Source of the DNA: Leucoraja erinacea
Lineage: Eukaryota
Length of the DNA stretch: 64,000 bases
NCBI RefSeq assembly: GCF_028641065.1
Contig: NC_073379.1
Coordinates: forward strand, 44,888,001-44,952,000
Direction of reading: 5' to 3'
The notes beneath the pieces are model-generated. The model ran no database searches. It saw only the letters and a program-made list of their open reading frames with translations, and had not been told where the DNA came from. Below, piece by piece: positions 1-10,782 of the stretch (position 1 is its first letter; every line of letters starts with the position of its first letter). The translations under genes were made by a program, and so were the position numbers.

Positions 1-129
1 GACGTCTTGGCAATTATGTTTTCCTTTGCAGTTTGTGACTAGAGCAGATGGGTTTAAGGAATAGTCATCCATTGTTTCCTTTTCCACTTCTGTAAAATTG
101 AGTCTCAGATTTCCAGAGGATTATTTATT
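1..129 (-). CDS. Possible terminal exon 5 of the same gene
   Basis: Acceptor ATTATTTTAATTTTAG (AG at 131-130). In phase with exon 4 it gives QINNPLEI*. A neighbouring frame is open for 40 codons to the window edge. Confidence 0.3.
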
Positions 130-685
130 CTAAAATTAAAATAATATATAGTTAGGATGAGATGAAATACATCTGTCAACTGTTTATTACACCAAACACA
201 TGTCTAAAATGTGAATTTATTCTTACAAAGCAAGAAATATCTGTCAGATAGTTGAAATATTACTCTATAGTTTGTTTGCTTGCATTTCTTTCTGAGTAAA
301 TTACAGCATGGTGATGTTATTTATCTATATCTATATATATATATTACTAAAAGTCTGTTCTTGACCGGTTTTGGCCATCTGTGCTGCGATTTCCGAGAGA
401 ACGCCGCCACCTATGGCCGTCATTTTTGGCCACCTTGCTCAGAGCCCCCCTCCGCCGCATGAGTGCCGAGGATTTTTCCCGTCGATTAAAAATGACAGAG
501 ATATTAATGTTTTTACAAATTTCCCCATTCTCTCTGCTGCCCCCGCTGGCGGCAGGGGGGAGGGACTATAAAACCAGGAAGTGGTGTGCCTCACTCACTC
601 TTCAAGATGGAGGAAGGCAGAGGGTCACGTTTCTCTGAGCAGTGAATCACACTGAACACATGTCTACTCAAATGTAAGTGCCCTT

Positions 686-972
686 AGTGGTTCTAAAATG
701 CTTGCAGAATGTGTCTATTGGTTCTAAAGCTTGCAAAAAAATGTCTATTGGTTCTAAAGCTTTCAAAAAATGTCTATTGGTTCTAAAGCTTGCAAAAAGT
801 GTCTATTGGTTCTAAAGCTTGCAAAAAAATGTCTCTATTGGTTCTAAAGCGTGCAAAAAATGTCTATTAGTTCTAAAGCTTGCAAAAAAAATGTCTATTG
901 GTTCTAAAGCTTGCAAAAAAATGTCTATTGGTTCTAAAGCTTGCAAACAAAATGTCTATTGGTTCTAAAATG
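686..972 (+). repeat. About 30-32 bp minisatellite (GTCTATTGGTTCTAAAGCTTGCAAAAAAAT), roughly 9 copies, inside the Helitron
   Basis: Direct tandem copies visible in the sequence. Confidence 0.9.
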
Positions 973-1014
973 GTTCATACTAGCGCTCCAGAAAGCACTC
1001 CCCTCCCCGTGGTT

Positions 1015-1990
1015 GGCTTGGCTTGGGTGTGGCTTGAAATTGAAAGGCACCACTTACTGCAAATGGTGGCATGAAGTTGAAAGGCACTACTTACTGCAAA
1101 TGGTGGCTTGGGTGTGGCTTGAAGTTGAAAGGCACTACTTACTGCAAATGGGGGGCGTGGGTGCATTGGCTTGAAGTTGAAATGCACTACTTACTGCAAA
1201 TGGTGGCTTGGTTGCTTTGGCTTGAAGTTGAATGGCACTACTTACTGCAAACGGTGGCTTGGGTGCTTTGGCTTGAAGTAGAAAGGCACTACTTACTGCA
1301 CATGGTGGCTTGGGTGTGGCTTGAAGTTGAAAGACACCACTTACTGCAAATGGTGGCTTGAAGTTGAATGACACTACTTACTGCAAATGGTGGCTTGGTT
1401 GCTTTGGCATGAAGTTGAAAGGCACTACTTCCTGCAAATGATGGCTTGTGTGTGGCTTGAAGTTGAAAGGCACTACTTACTGCAAATGGGGGACATGGGT
1501 GCTTGGCTTGCAGTTGAAAGGCATTACTTACTGCAAATGGTGGCTTGGGTGCAATGGCTTGAAGTTGAAAGGCATTACACTGCAAATGGTGGCATGAAGT
1601 TGAAAGGCACTATTTACTGCAAATGGTGGCTTGGGAGCTTTGAAGTTGAAAGGCACTACTTCCTGCAAATGATGGCTTGGGTGTGGCTTGAAGTTGAAAT
1701 ACACCACTTACTGCAAATGGTGGCATGAAGTTGAAAGGCACTACTTACTGCAAGTGGTGGCTTGGGAGCTTTGGTTTAAGTTGAAAGGCACTATTACTGC
1801 TAATGGTGGCTTGGGTGTGGTTTGAAGTTGAAAGCCACTACTTACTGCAAATGGTGGCTCGGATGCAATGGCTTGAAGTTGAAAGGCATTACTTACTGCA
1901 AATGGTGGCTTGAAGTTGAAAGGCACTACTTACTGCAAATGGCGGCTTGGGTGCTTTGGCTTGAAGTTAAAAGGCACTACTGTAAATGCA
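1015..1990 (+). repeat. Variable-length minisatellite (about 38-57 bp; core TGAAGTTGAAAGGCACTACTTACTGCAAATGGTGGC), roughly 20 copies
   Basis: Conserved core with short related linkers (TTGGGTGTGGCT / TTGGTTGCTTTGGCT). Confidence 0.9.
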
Positions 1991-3089
1991 CTTACTTCCT
2001 GTTTACACTGTATATTGATTTTAGATAAAACGCTACCATTTGCCGCTGTGATTTTTGGCCATCTTACTCGGTCCCCCTCTGCTGAGCAGGTGCAGAGAAT
2101 TCTTCCCATCAATGAAAAATAAAAGTGTTAATAGTTTTTTAAAAAATGTTGAGAATCTCTCTCCTGTCAATCACTCCATGAAAGCCACACCTTTTCCGGT
2201 GGGGGGAGGGGTTATAAAACCCTGAAATGTGGGTGTGGCTCAGTCTCTGCAAGATGGAGGAGGGAGAGGTCACGACTCGCTGTCTTTAGTGGCTTTGCAC
2301 CCTACTTCAAAGGGTATGAAACTGCACTTGAATTTGGTGGCCTTGCACCCTGCTAGAAGTGGTAAGAAACTGCACTTGAATTTGGTGGCCTTATTCCCTG
2401 CTTGAAATAGAATTTTAAGGATTAGCCGCGATTCAACTACCAGCCCACCAGCCGTGAGTGAGTGAGTTGCCAGCACAACAGGCTTGATTGACTGAGACGC
2501 CAGCCCAAGAATCCATTTGGCGCACAATTTGCATACTAGCCCTCTTGAAACCAGTCCCTTCAGCCCACAACACCCATACTAGCGCTCCAGAAAGCCCCCC
2601 CGAACTGGCCACCAATATTAGAATTGGTGAAGAGGTGGAATATTGCGTTGGATGACCAGCCCTCCTGTGTGATGCTGGGACCCAACGGGTCCCACTTACT
2701 CTAGTAATGGAATAAACCTTCTATTTCCAATTCGTTGAGTCAGCTCAATACTGAAAACAATCCCATATTTTCATCAACTTAAGGAATTTAGTAGTAACCT
2801 AGTAATTTTTCTTTCATAGAGCACCACAGACACAGGCACAAGTTTTGTAAGTTTCCCTTCCTCAAGTAATAGTTGAGGTGCCCAACTTCCTACCATTCTC
2901 TTCTTTAAGTGTGATATGCAGAATCAGACCCTCGTCCACTCAACTAAACTTCTTGACTCTGACAACCATCCAGAAACCTAATATCCAAAGTTAAGCCACC
3001 ATGCACTGCGCAAAGCATTCAAATTATTATCAGACCATAAACATCAAGACCATATATCTTGAGATATATCAAGACATCTCTTCCTATCT

Positions 3090-3410
3090 AAAGCAACAAG
3101 CAATCTGCTGGAAGAGCTCAGCAAGTCAAGCAGCATCTGTGGGAGGAGGAGGGAACCGTCAACATTTTGGGTCAGAAGCCTGCATCAGAACTGAGAAAGG
3201 GAAGGAGAGATAGTGGCATAAAGTAGAGGAGAGTGGGGAGATTTTCAATCCTCTTTATATTGCCTATCATCCCTCCCTCAATCCTGATACGGGTTACACA
3301 CCAAAATGTTGACAATTCCATTAGCCCTTCCAGATGCTGCTCAACTGCTAAATTCCTTCAGCAGGTTGTTCATTGGTAAAGATTCCGGCATCTTCAATCC
3401 TTCGTTTGTA
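3090..3410. mobile_element. Decayed Penelope-derived inverted-repeat element
   Basis: Arm CTGCTGGAAGAGCTCAGCAAGTCAAGCAGCATCTG near 3105 is inverted relative to CAGATGCTGCTCAACTGCTAAATTCCTTCAGCAG near 3332. Confidence 0.6.
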
Positions 3411-3539
3411 TCTCTCATGTTCTATCCCCAGTCACCCTTCATATCTTTACCACCATTAATAGGGATTTAATTTAGTGTTGTGTAACAGTCTTGCTGCATT
3501 CAATAAAAGGTGGCTGTGGTGATAATTGACGCACGATTA

Positions 3540-4695
3540 TCATCTTCTGGGATTCCATTGATTTTAGAACAGTTCCCATCGACTGGAAAGTTGCTAATAT
3601 AACTTCACTATTGAAGAAAGTAGGGAATACAGAATCAGACAATGATAGATCTTAGCCTAGCATCAGTTCTTTGTCCTGGGGCCTCAGGTGTTCATAATCT
3701 ATGTCTGTGACTTGGATAAGGGATGAATAAAATAGTCAACCTTGCTCTTCATACAAAACTAGGAAACAGTCTGGGCTGAGAGGAGGAGCACTGAGGGACT
3801 ATGGTTGATATAGGCAGATGAAAGGACAAAGGTATTGCAGATTAAGTGCAATATGGACATTTTAGGTCTACTACTTTCAGGAATATAGAAAAGATGTATT
3901 TGATTGAAAAGTTGATTTAAAAGTGTTAGCGATCCAAGTTTCTTACGGTGCATTCAGAAAGTATTCGGACCCCTTCACTTTTTCCACATTTTGTTATGTT
4001 ACAGCCTTATTCTAAAATGGATTAAATTCTTTTTTTTTAAAATCATCAATCTAGACACAATACCCCATAATTAAAAAGTGAAAACAGGTAATTAGTCTTT
4101 TCTGAATGCACTGTATGTGTGCTTATCTACAAATGAATGTTGGTCTTTATTATAACAGGATTAGACTACTAAAGTAGACATATTTTGCCCAATGCATAAG
4201 ACTTCCCACGAGACCACATCTGGAATATTCTGGTGTTCCCATCGAAGGAAGGATATATTTTTGATAGAGCAGGTGTGGTGAACATTCACCAGATTGATTC
4301 CTAAACTTCTAGTATGGTGAGAGATTAAATGGACTGGGTCAATACTTGTTCAAGCTATGAGAGAAAAGGTGATGTAATTGAAACATGGAATTTGTAAGAG
4401 GCTTGATAGGGTAGTTTGAGAGTTGATGTTTCCGCTGGCTCAGAAGTCTAAAATCAGTATTCAGAATCTCAAACGAAGTTGGCAACTCAGGAAAGAGTTG
4501 AAAATAAATCTCTTCAGCATGATCGTAGCAAAGTTTGGGGGATTCGATACCCATGGAGTCCATGCAAGCTTGGTTGATAATGTTTGGGCATGGAGATATG
4601 GAGCTAGTGAAAGAAAGTAATGGGGTGAAATATCAGGCACAATCTTAGTGAATGGCAGTGCAGGAAGTAAAGGCAAACATTCTCCTGCTTCTATT
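3540..4695 (+). mobile_element. Old degraded CR1 LINE fragments interrupted by a Tc1 remnant
   Basis: GACTGGAAAGTTGCTAATATAAC (DWKVANI), CCACATCTGGAATAT (PHLEY) and a CR1-type 3' end. Confidence 0.7.
3946..4113. mobile_element. Internally deleted Tc1-like DNA transposon (168 bp)
   Basis: TA|CGGTGCATTCAGAAA ... TTTCTGAATGCACTG|TA: inverted termini with a TA duplication. Confidence 0.8.
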
Positions 4696-4700
4696 ATTTA

Positions 4701-5755
4701 CTAGACCAGGTGCAGACCCGTTAGGCCTGTCTCCCAAGGCAATATTCCACCACTGACCCAAAACCCACAACTGCGCAGGTGCGGCTGAGGGGTTCCCATT
4801 GTGATGCCAGAGATCTCCATTGTGTCACGAGTCATGGCAACCCTCCCCCAACTGCGCTTCACCATCCCTCTTCCTACCCCTCATCCCCCAGCACTCCCTC
4901 CCCCTCCTCTTCACTATCCCCCTTCTTTTCCCTCTCCTCCCCTCCCCACTCCCTGCCTCACCTTTCCCTCCCTCTCCTTTCCCCTACCCTCAGTCACTCC
5001 CTCCCTCTCTCCATCCATAACCCCTCTCCCCTCCTCACCCCCTCCTCTCCCTCTATCTCCCTGCTCCCCCACTCCTCGCCTCCCCTTCTCCCACTTCCCC
5101 TCATCACCTCCCCCACTCCTCCTCCTCTATCCCCCACTCCCTACCTCCCCAACTCCCCCATCCTCTCCCTCTATCCTCCCTCCTCCCCCACTCACCTGCC
5201 CCATCTTTCCCACCCCACCACCCTCTCTATCCCCCTGCTCCCCCATTCCTCACCTCCCCCAACCGCACTCCCCCACACAATGAAAATCACGATGTTTAAA
5301 AAAAAAAAAATGAAACGTCCCCCCTATCCCACACTCCCCCCCACCCACAATGAAATTCGTGATTTTTCTTTAAAACAACCTAAACACACTGTTAGCTGTT
5401 TATGAAAATGGAAGAATTTGATTAAAACTGAATTTTTTTGAAAATCACGATTTTTTTAATGTAAATGAGATTCGGGATACTATTGTGATGTCATTGTGAC
5501 ACTGAATGTGGCTGACGGGCAGGGCAAGTGAAAAAGTGGTTTGAATAGTGGTTTTGGTAAAGGTTAAAATGTCAATAACTTGTAAAATATAACATCAATC
5601 TGAACAAAATGTTTCTTTTACATCCCAGGACAATGGTGAGTAAGGTGGGCCAAATATTGTAGCGCTATCATGTACCATTTTGGCGTGATTTTGGAATATC
5701 ACTCACAAGCACTCAAACAAACAAGATGAGAGTTTTAGTGATATATAGATATAGA
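4701..5755 (-). mobile_element. Non-autonomous Helitron
   Basis: Minus strand begins A|TCTATATCTATATATCACTAAAACTCTCATC and ends with the imperfect hairpin CAGGCCTAACGGGTCTG then CTAG|T; internal C/T-rich tract about 4860-5280. Confidence 0.85.
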
Positions 5756-5853
5756 TGGTTCTTTATTCTTACTACAGGTGCACAACCTTTTATCCGAAAG
5801 CCTTGGGACCAGACACTTTTCGTAATTCAGAATTTTTCGGCTTTCGGAATGGA

Positions 5854-5925
5854 AGATTTTTAGCGTAGTGGTAGAGTGCTCGGCTCATATCCGCAAGGTC
5901 GCGAGTTTGCGCCTCGATCCCGGCA
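5854..5925 (+). pseudogene. tRNA-Met(CAT)-like sequence inside the DNA transposon
   Basis: A box TAGCGTAGTGG; anticodon arm CGG-CTCATAT-CCG (CAT at 5886-5888); variable loop AAGGTC; T arm CGAG-TTTGCGC-CTCG with a degenerate B box; 5' acceptor strand missing. Confidence 0.65.
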
Positions 5926-7104
5926 GTTACTCAATCGCGAGTTTGAGTCTTCAATGTAGTTTTTTCTTGCAGAATAGGAGAGAATAGGGAGGGTTAGGGT
6001 GGGATCCTTCTCTGCGAGATGATCTTAGTGCGGGAGACAAGTGTAGGAGAGGTGTACTGACTGTGTGGGCAGAACTTTGGAAGGGATTGCCCACCATTCT
6101 CAAAAGCCGCTGTGTCTCCCTGTCCCTCCAACTCCAGAGGAATCCGCTCCCCGATGGGCCGCTACGGCGACAAGTGGCAGTTCGCCCACAGCCCGAGCTG
6201 CGGCCCCTCATCCGCAACCCGGGTTCCTCTGGAGTTGGAGCGGGGCTGGGCTAGAGTTGTTGCTGGCTGTGAGTCTCTGGGATCTCCGTGCTTGCAGTGG
6301 GCCTGGGGGTCGATGTCCCGATGAGGGGGCGCAGCTCGGGCTGTGGGCGAACTGCTACTTGTCGCTGTAGCAGCCCATCGGGGAGCGGCTTCTGGTGGTC
6401 CTGACGTCTCTCAGCTCCTGTCCAGGGGGATGGCCGGAGACGTCAGGACCAACAAGAACCCGCTCCCCGATGCGCCGCTACAGCGACAAGTGGCAGTTCG
6501 CCCACAGCCCGAGCTGCGCCCCCTAATCCGCAACCCGGGTTCCTCTGGAGTTGGAGCGGGGCTGGGCTAGAGTTGCTGCTGGCTGTGAGTCTCTGGGATC
6601 TCCGTGCTTGCAGTCGGTGTCCCATTGGTCCTGACGTCTCCGGTCACCCCCCTGGAATGGAGCTGAGACTGGGAACTGTACCGCCCTTGCCCCCTCCCTC
6701 TGCAACTGCAAACAACCCCACAGTTCCCAGTCTCAGCTCCTGTACAGGGGGGTGGCCGGAGACGTCACAGCCCGAGCTGCGCCCCCTCATCCGCAACCCC
6801 AAGACCAAGACGTACTTTGCACACCATCAGCTTCTGTCCCTACGGGGAGCGTGTTCCTCTGTAATTGGAGCGGGGCTGGGCTGCTGCTGGCTGTGGGTCT
6901 CTGGGATCTCCGTGCTTGCAGTGGGCCTGGGGGCCGGTGTCCCGTTGGTCCTGACGTCTCCGGTGACTGGCACTGGCTACGACGTGAAGACAGTGCAAAG
7001 CCCCCGCGCCGGTGCAATGGGCGGGGAGCTGGAGAGGGGAGGGAAGGGGTCACACACATGGCCAGGAAGCAGAGGGGTGTAGGTGGGGTGAAACTGAAGG
7101 GAGC

Positions 7105-7227
7105 GACAATCTGCTGCTACCTGCCCGCTGAGTTTAAAAGTTCCCACGCAAGACTCACGATACATTGTGTATCGTGAGTCTACCGTGGTAACTTTTTAAC
7201 TCAGCGGGCAGGCAGCAGCAGATTGTC
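7105..7227. repeat. 123-bp near-perfect palindrome
   Basis: 60-bp arms (GACAATCTGCTGC...CACGATACA and TGTATCGTG...GCAGCAGATTGTC), 3-nt loop, 5 mismatches by eye. Confidence 0.9.
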
Positions 7228-7737
7228 AATTATTAACCCTCCCGCGCATTATACCCTCACCTTCTCTTTTATGAATGGGGATTTAGTTCCCCTTTCTTCG
7301 AGGACCGACCGGAGGTTCCGCTGTCACCTCTGCGGGCCGCCCTCGGTGAACGTCTTCAAGGACCTTTTTTCAAGGACCGAATAAATGTCCGGTATTCAGA
7401 GCTTTTCGTTATTTGGAACTTCGGATAAAAGGTTGTGCACCTGTATACTCAAAAATATATCAATAGCTGCAAAGTAAAATATAAATCAGTTTGTAATAAG
7501 TGCTAATGATTATCCTCCATGAAAAGCAGCCAGTGGTTGCAAATTGCAAGTTCTAAGCTTTCAGTCATTATAATCCACATGCATCCTATAGAATAGTATT
7601 CTCTCTTTAAAAAAACCCAGAAGATGTTGTTATCGGAATAATGAAATGCATAGTTTCTACAAGTTTAAATGATTCATATTATTCTTGTTCACTATGTTCT
7701 CAATTACTCGTGATGAAATTAGAGCTGGTGTACTCAC

Positions 7738-7842
7738 TGTGTGAGTGCCATGTTGTTCATTGTTACTGTATTCTCATTGGATTCAGCATTAATTGTTTCA
7801 GCAGCCTCACTATCCTCACAGGTTTTGGCTGATGTTACATAC
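7738..7842 (-). CDS. Coding exon 4 (acidic cytoplasmic tail)
   Basis: Acceptor GGTTCCTTTTTTCAACAG in phase 2, matching exon 3. Translates RYVTSAKTCEDSEAAETINAESNENTVTMNNMALT. Ends at donor ACA|GTGAGT; if unspliced it reads CAG TGA (Gln-stop, TGA at 7736-7734). Confidence 0.8.
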
Positions 7843-10459
7843 CTGTTGAAAAAAGGAACCAAATATAACAGTCATCATTTCTATTTAATATAAAATCACC
7901 ATTCGACAGTGCAGTCAAATGTATAATTTGTGTTTTCATTTATTTCTTGGCAAAGGACTTGGGTAAATTGTCAGTACGAGCTATCCTTTTCAAGATAATC
8001 ACAATTCCAATTTATGTGCCTCATTAAAAAATTGAAATTGAAGAAAGGATACATAAGACGTTCCAACGTTTTCAGTCCCTGCTTTGTTCGGTCTCCAAGT
8101 TAGTTGATCGGAGGGGGGCACTACAGTTACTATTAACATGCCTGGACCTACACCGAAGAAAAAAAAATTGGCCTTCATTCTGAGACATTAGAGGAAAGAG
8201 ATAAAGTTTGGCTGTAACATTGCCTTCCTCATGTGGCAGAGAATTCCACAGATTCACACACATACACAGGTGACAAGTTGAACAAAGTACTGGAGCATTA
8301 GGAACAGCTTTGAAATTTAACCTGACTCGAGCTCAGATCTTACACGAAAGAAGAAAAGTGATGGGAGAAATAACATTTATAAAATATATGTTTCCCATTA
8401 AAATTATAATGATGTAGTAGAACAATATATTATTTCTTATACTTTATTCATTTGAAATAGTAACAAAGGTATCAAATTATGATTCAATATTAAATAGTAT
8501 TTGTTGTTTATCTATCTAGTATCTGAAGATCATTGTATATGATTTTTCAAATGACTTTAACTACTAAAAAACATGCATATTTTTTCACACATTGTGCCTG
8601 GAAATGGGAAAACTGTGAAAAATATCTTAAGTAATAACACCGGATTCACACATTTGTTTACAAATCAAATTATCTCCCATGCCTCAAACCATGTGCTATA
8701 TTAAAGACATTGTCAAAAAAAAACGAATATTGCTCAAGCTGCATGCTTCTTACATTTTTAAAATAAAACACAGTAATATAATTTTAGGAAAAATATCTAT
8801 GTGGTTCACTAAGCAGGAAGGGCTACATCATAAAATCTGACACCCAGATGTTTGTTTAGTCATTGTAGTGGCTGATTTGTTTTCTATTTGTAGCCCATAT
8901 TTTTTAGTACAATATACCATCTGCCATATTCAAAAGGGTGATAGCACATGCAATATTCATGCATGCTGAATTATACACAGTAGGCACTATTGATTAGATG
9001 TCTGTGATGCTACTTTAGACATCAACAATAAATCTAACACACTCAGTAAAACCTCCATGTGTACTGTTTACAGATATTATCAATTACTATCAGGTGTGAC
9101 TGTTTGATTTTCATAATATTGGTTAACTTTTCGCTCGTCTACTAATAGATTTGAAAATCTTCTTGAAAGGTAGAGCAGGCCGGAGGATTGTGATTGGCCT
9201 ATTTCTATGGCTGGTGGATTTTATTTGCCTGAACTATTGGCATCCAATGGCAAAATGACTGCATATATAATCCTGTTATCATTTAAGATGTTGTATGTAC
9301 TTCTCAAGAAGCCCTTTGCTTTCCATCATACAAATCATGTTGAATTCAAACCTTTCATTGTACAAATGTCAAACGAAATTTCAGCTGTGTTTAAATAACC
9401 TGAATTGAATATTCTGAATAGCTACTTACAATGAACAAAAGAAGATTAACTCAGGAATTAATCTTAAAAGACTCTTTTAAAGTTATTCTGGTTGTTTCAA
9501 AGCTAAACAATCCCTGTGTTGTTTTGCATATCTTTGGCCTTCTGAATACATGTATTTCAAGTGAGAGTGATCTGATTTTAGTTTTCAAACTGAGGGCATT
9601 GAATTGGTCATCAACTTAAGCTCATGCATCTCCGAGCTTGCTTTTAGAAAGAGTGTCATTTTACTTTTGCCTGGCTTTTGCTTTATTTCCAAGTCCGGTG
9701 ATTATACAAAAAGTATATCAGTGGGGATATTGAAAACCTGAAATGAAAACAGAAAATGCTGGAAATACTCATAAGGTCTGGCAGCATCTGTGAAGAGAGA
9801 AACCTGATATTTCAGATATCAATAATTCCCATGTTCTGGGTTGATAGAAAAGATGGGGTGAATCATAAACACAGTGAAAGCTTTACTGTGAAATAATATA
9901 GATTGGATGATTCAAAGATTGAACTTTGCATATTCGATTTTTGCTGGGAGATACAGTATGTAGGAAAAAGCATGAAGAACAAAGGAATTTGAGCCTTTTA
10001 GGGCTTGAGGCAAATTTTGATCAAATACACCTAAGGTTTGTTCTCACCTCTTCTTTTGTGAACTTGGATTTAATGCTTTTATACAATGGATTGACACTCT
10101 ATACGGTAGTCCCAAAGGGATACCTTTGATCAATTCAATATCATTACCTGGAAAATGCTGGTTTAAAGTTGCTCATTTATTGGCCCTGTTGCCGCCCGTC
10201 ATTGATCCAGACCTAAAATTTCCAATGCTGTCTTGCCCAGGCAAGTGATGTCTCAAATGAAAGGTTGTGACAGTCCTTCAAAGTTTTGCATTTCCATGTG
10301 AATTAATGGAGCATTTATTTATTCATAATCTCCCAGAGGATCCTCATCGGATTTGTGCATTGAAGCTCGTATTGACAGCTGTTGCAGCTGCAACACACTT
10401 AATCATGTGACTGTTTATTATCCTCATTGTCAGGTGTGCTATAAGTATTCAGCTTATCT

Positions 10460-10782
10460 ATTAGTTTTTAGTTTTAATTTAGGAGATACAGGGCGGAAAC
10501 AGGCTCTTCGGCCCACCGAGTCTGCACCAACCAGCGATCCCCGCACATTAACACTATCCTACACACACTAGGGACAATATTACATTTTTACCAAGCCAAT
10601 TAACCTACAAACCTATACCTCTTTGGCGCGTGGGAGGAAACCGAATATCTTGGAGAAAACCCACGAGATCCCAGGGAAAACGTACAAACGCCTTACAGAC
10701 AACACACGTAGTCGTAATCGAACCAGGGTTACCGATGCTGAAATTGCTGTGAGGCAGCAAATCTACCGCTGCGTCACGGTGC
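10460..10782 (-). mobile_element. tRNA-derived V-SINE (HE1-like)
   Basis: tRNA-like head with A/B boxes, V-domain GGTTTCCTCCCAC, CR1-derived tail GGGCCGAAGAGCCTGTTTCC. Confidence 0.85.

Larger units (their letters stand above)
324..2704 (+). mobile_element. Non-autonomous Helitron (composite, minisatellite-bearing)
   Basis: 5' A|TCTATATCTATATATATATATTACTAAAAG; 3' hairpin TGGGACCC-AAC-GGGTCCCA (2676-2694) followed by CTAG|T at 2701-2705; ends shared with 36947-37860. Confidence 0.9.
5775..7443. mobile_element. Non-autonomous Tc1/mariner-superfamily (pogo/Tigger-like) element, 1669 bp
   Basis: Perfect 24-bp TIRs CAGGTGCACAACCTTTTATCCGAA (5775-5798 and 7420-7443); TA on both sides; no transposase ORF; GC-rich repetitive interior. 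Confidence 0.92.

Noticed and set aside
686-1990. Arrays resembling CRISPR repeats, and repetitive ORFs (WLEVERHYLLQMVA)n
   Set aside because: Linkers are short and related to each other rather than unique spacers, there are no cas genes, and the context is a vertebrate Helitron; the ORFs are by-products of the tandem repeat.
4779-5405. Pro/Ser-rich ORFs (also 14472-15170 and 59292-60327)
   Set aside because: C/T-rich low-complexity DNA lacks stop codons in several frames; no splice or codon evidence.
5854-5925. Functional tRNA-Met gene
   Set aside because: The acceptor stem cannot pair and the T-loop reads TTTGCGC instead of TTCRANY; kept only as a tRNA-derived relic.
5951-7177. CpG-island promoter or cluster of GC-rich ORFs
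   Set aside because: Lies entirely between transposon TIRs and is explained by internal direct and inverted repeats.
9700-9810. Strong minus-strand acceptor TTTTCTGTTTTCATTTCAG as a further exon
   Set aside because: It is part of a Penelope terminal-repeat fragment and no convincing frame or donor follows.
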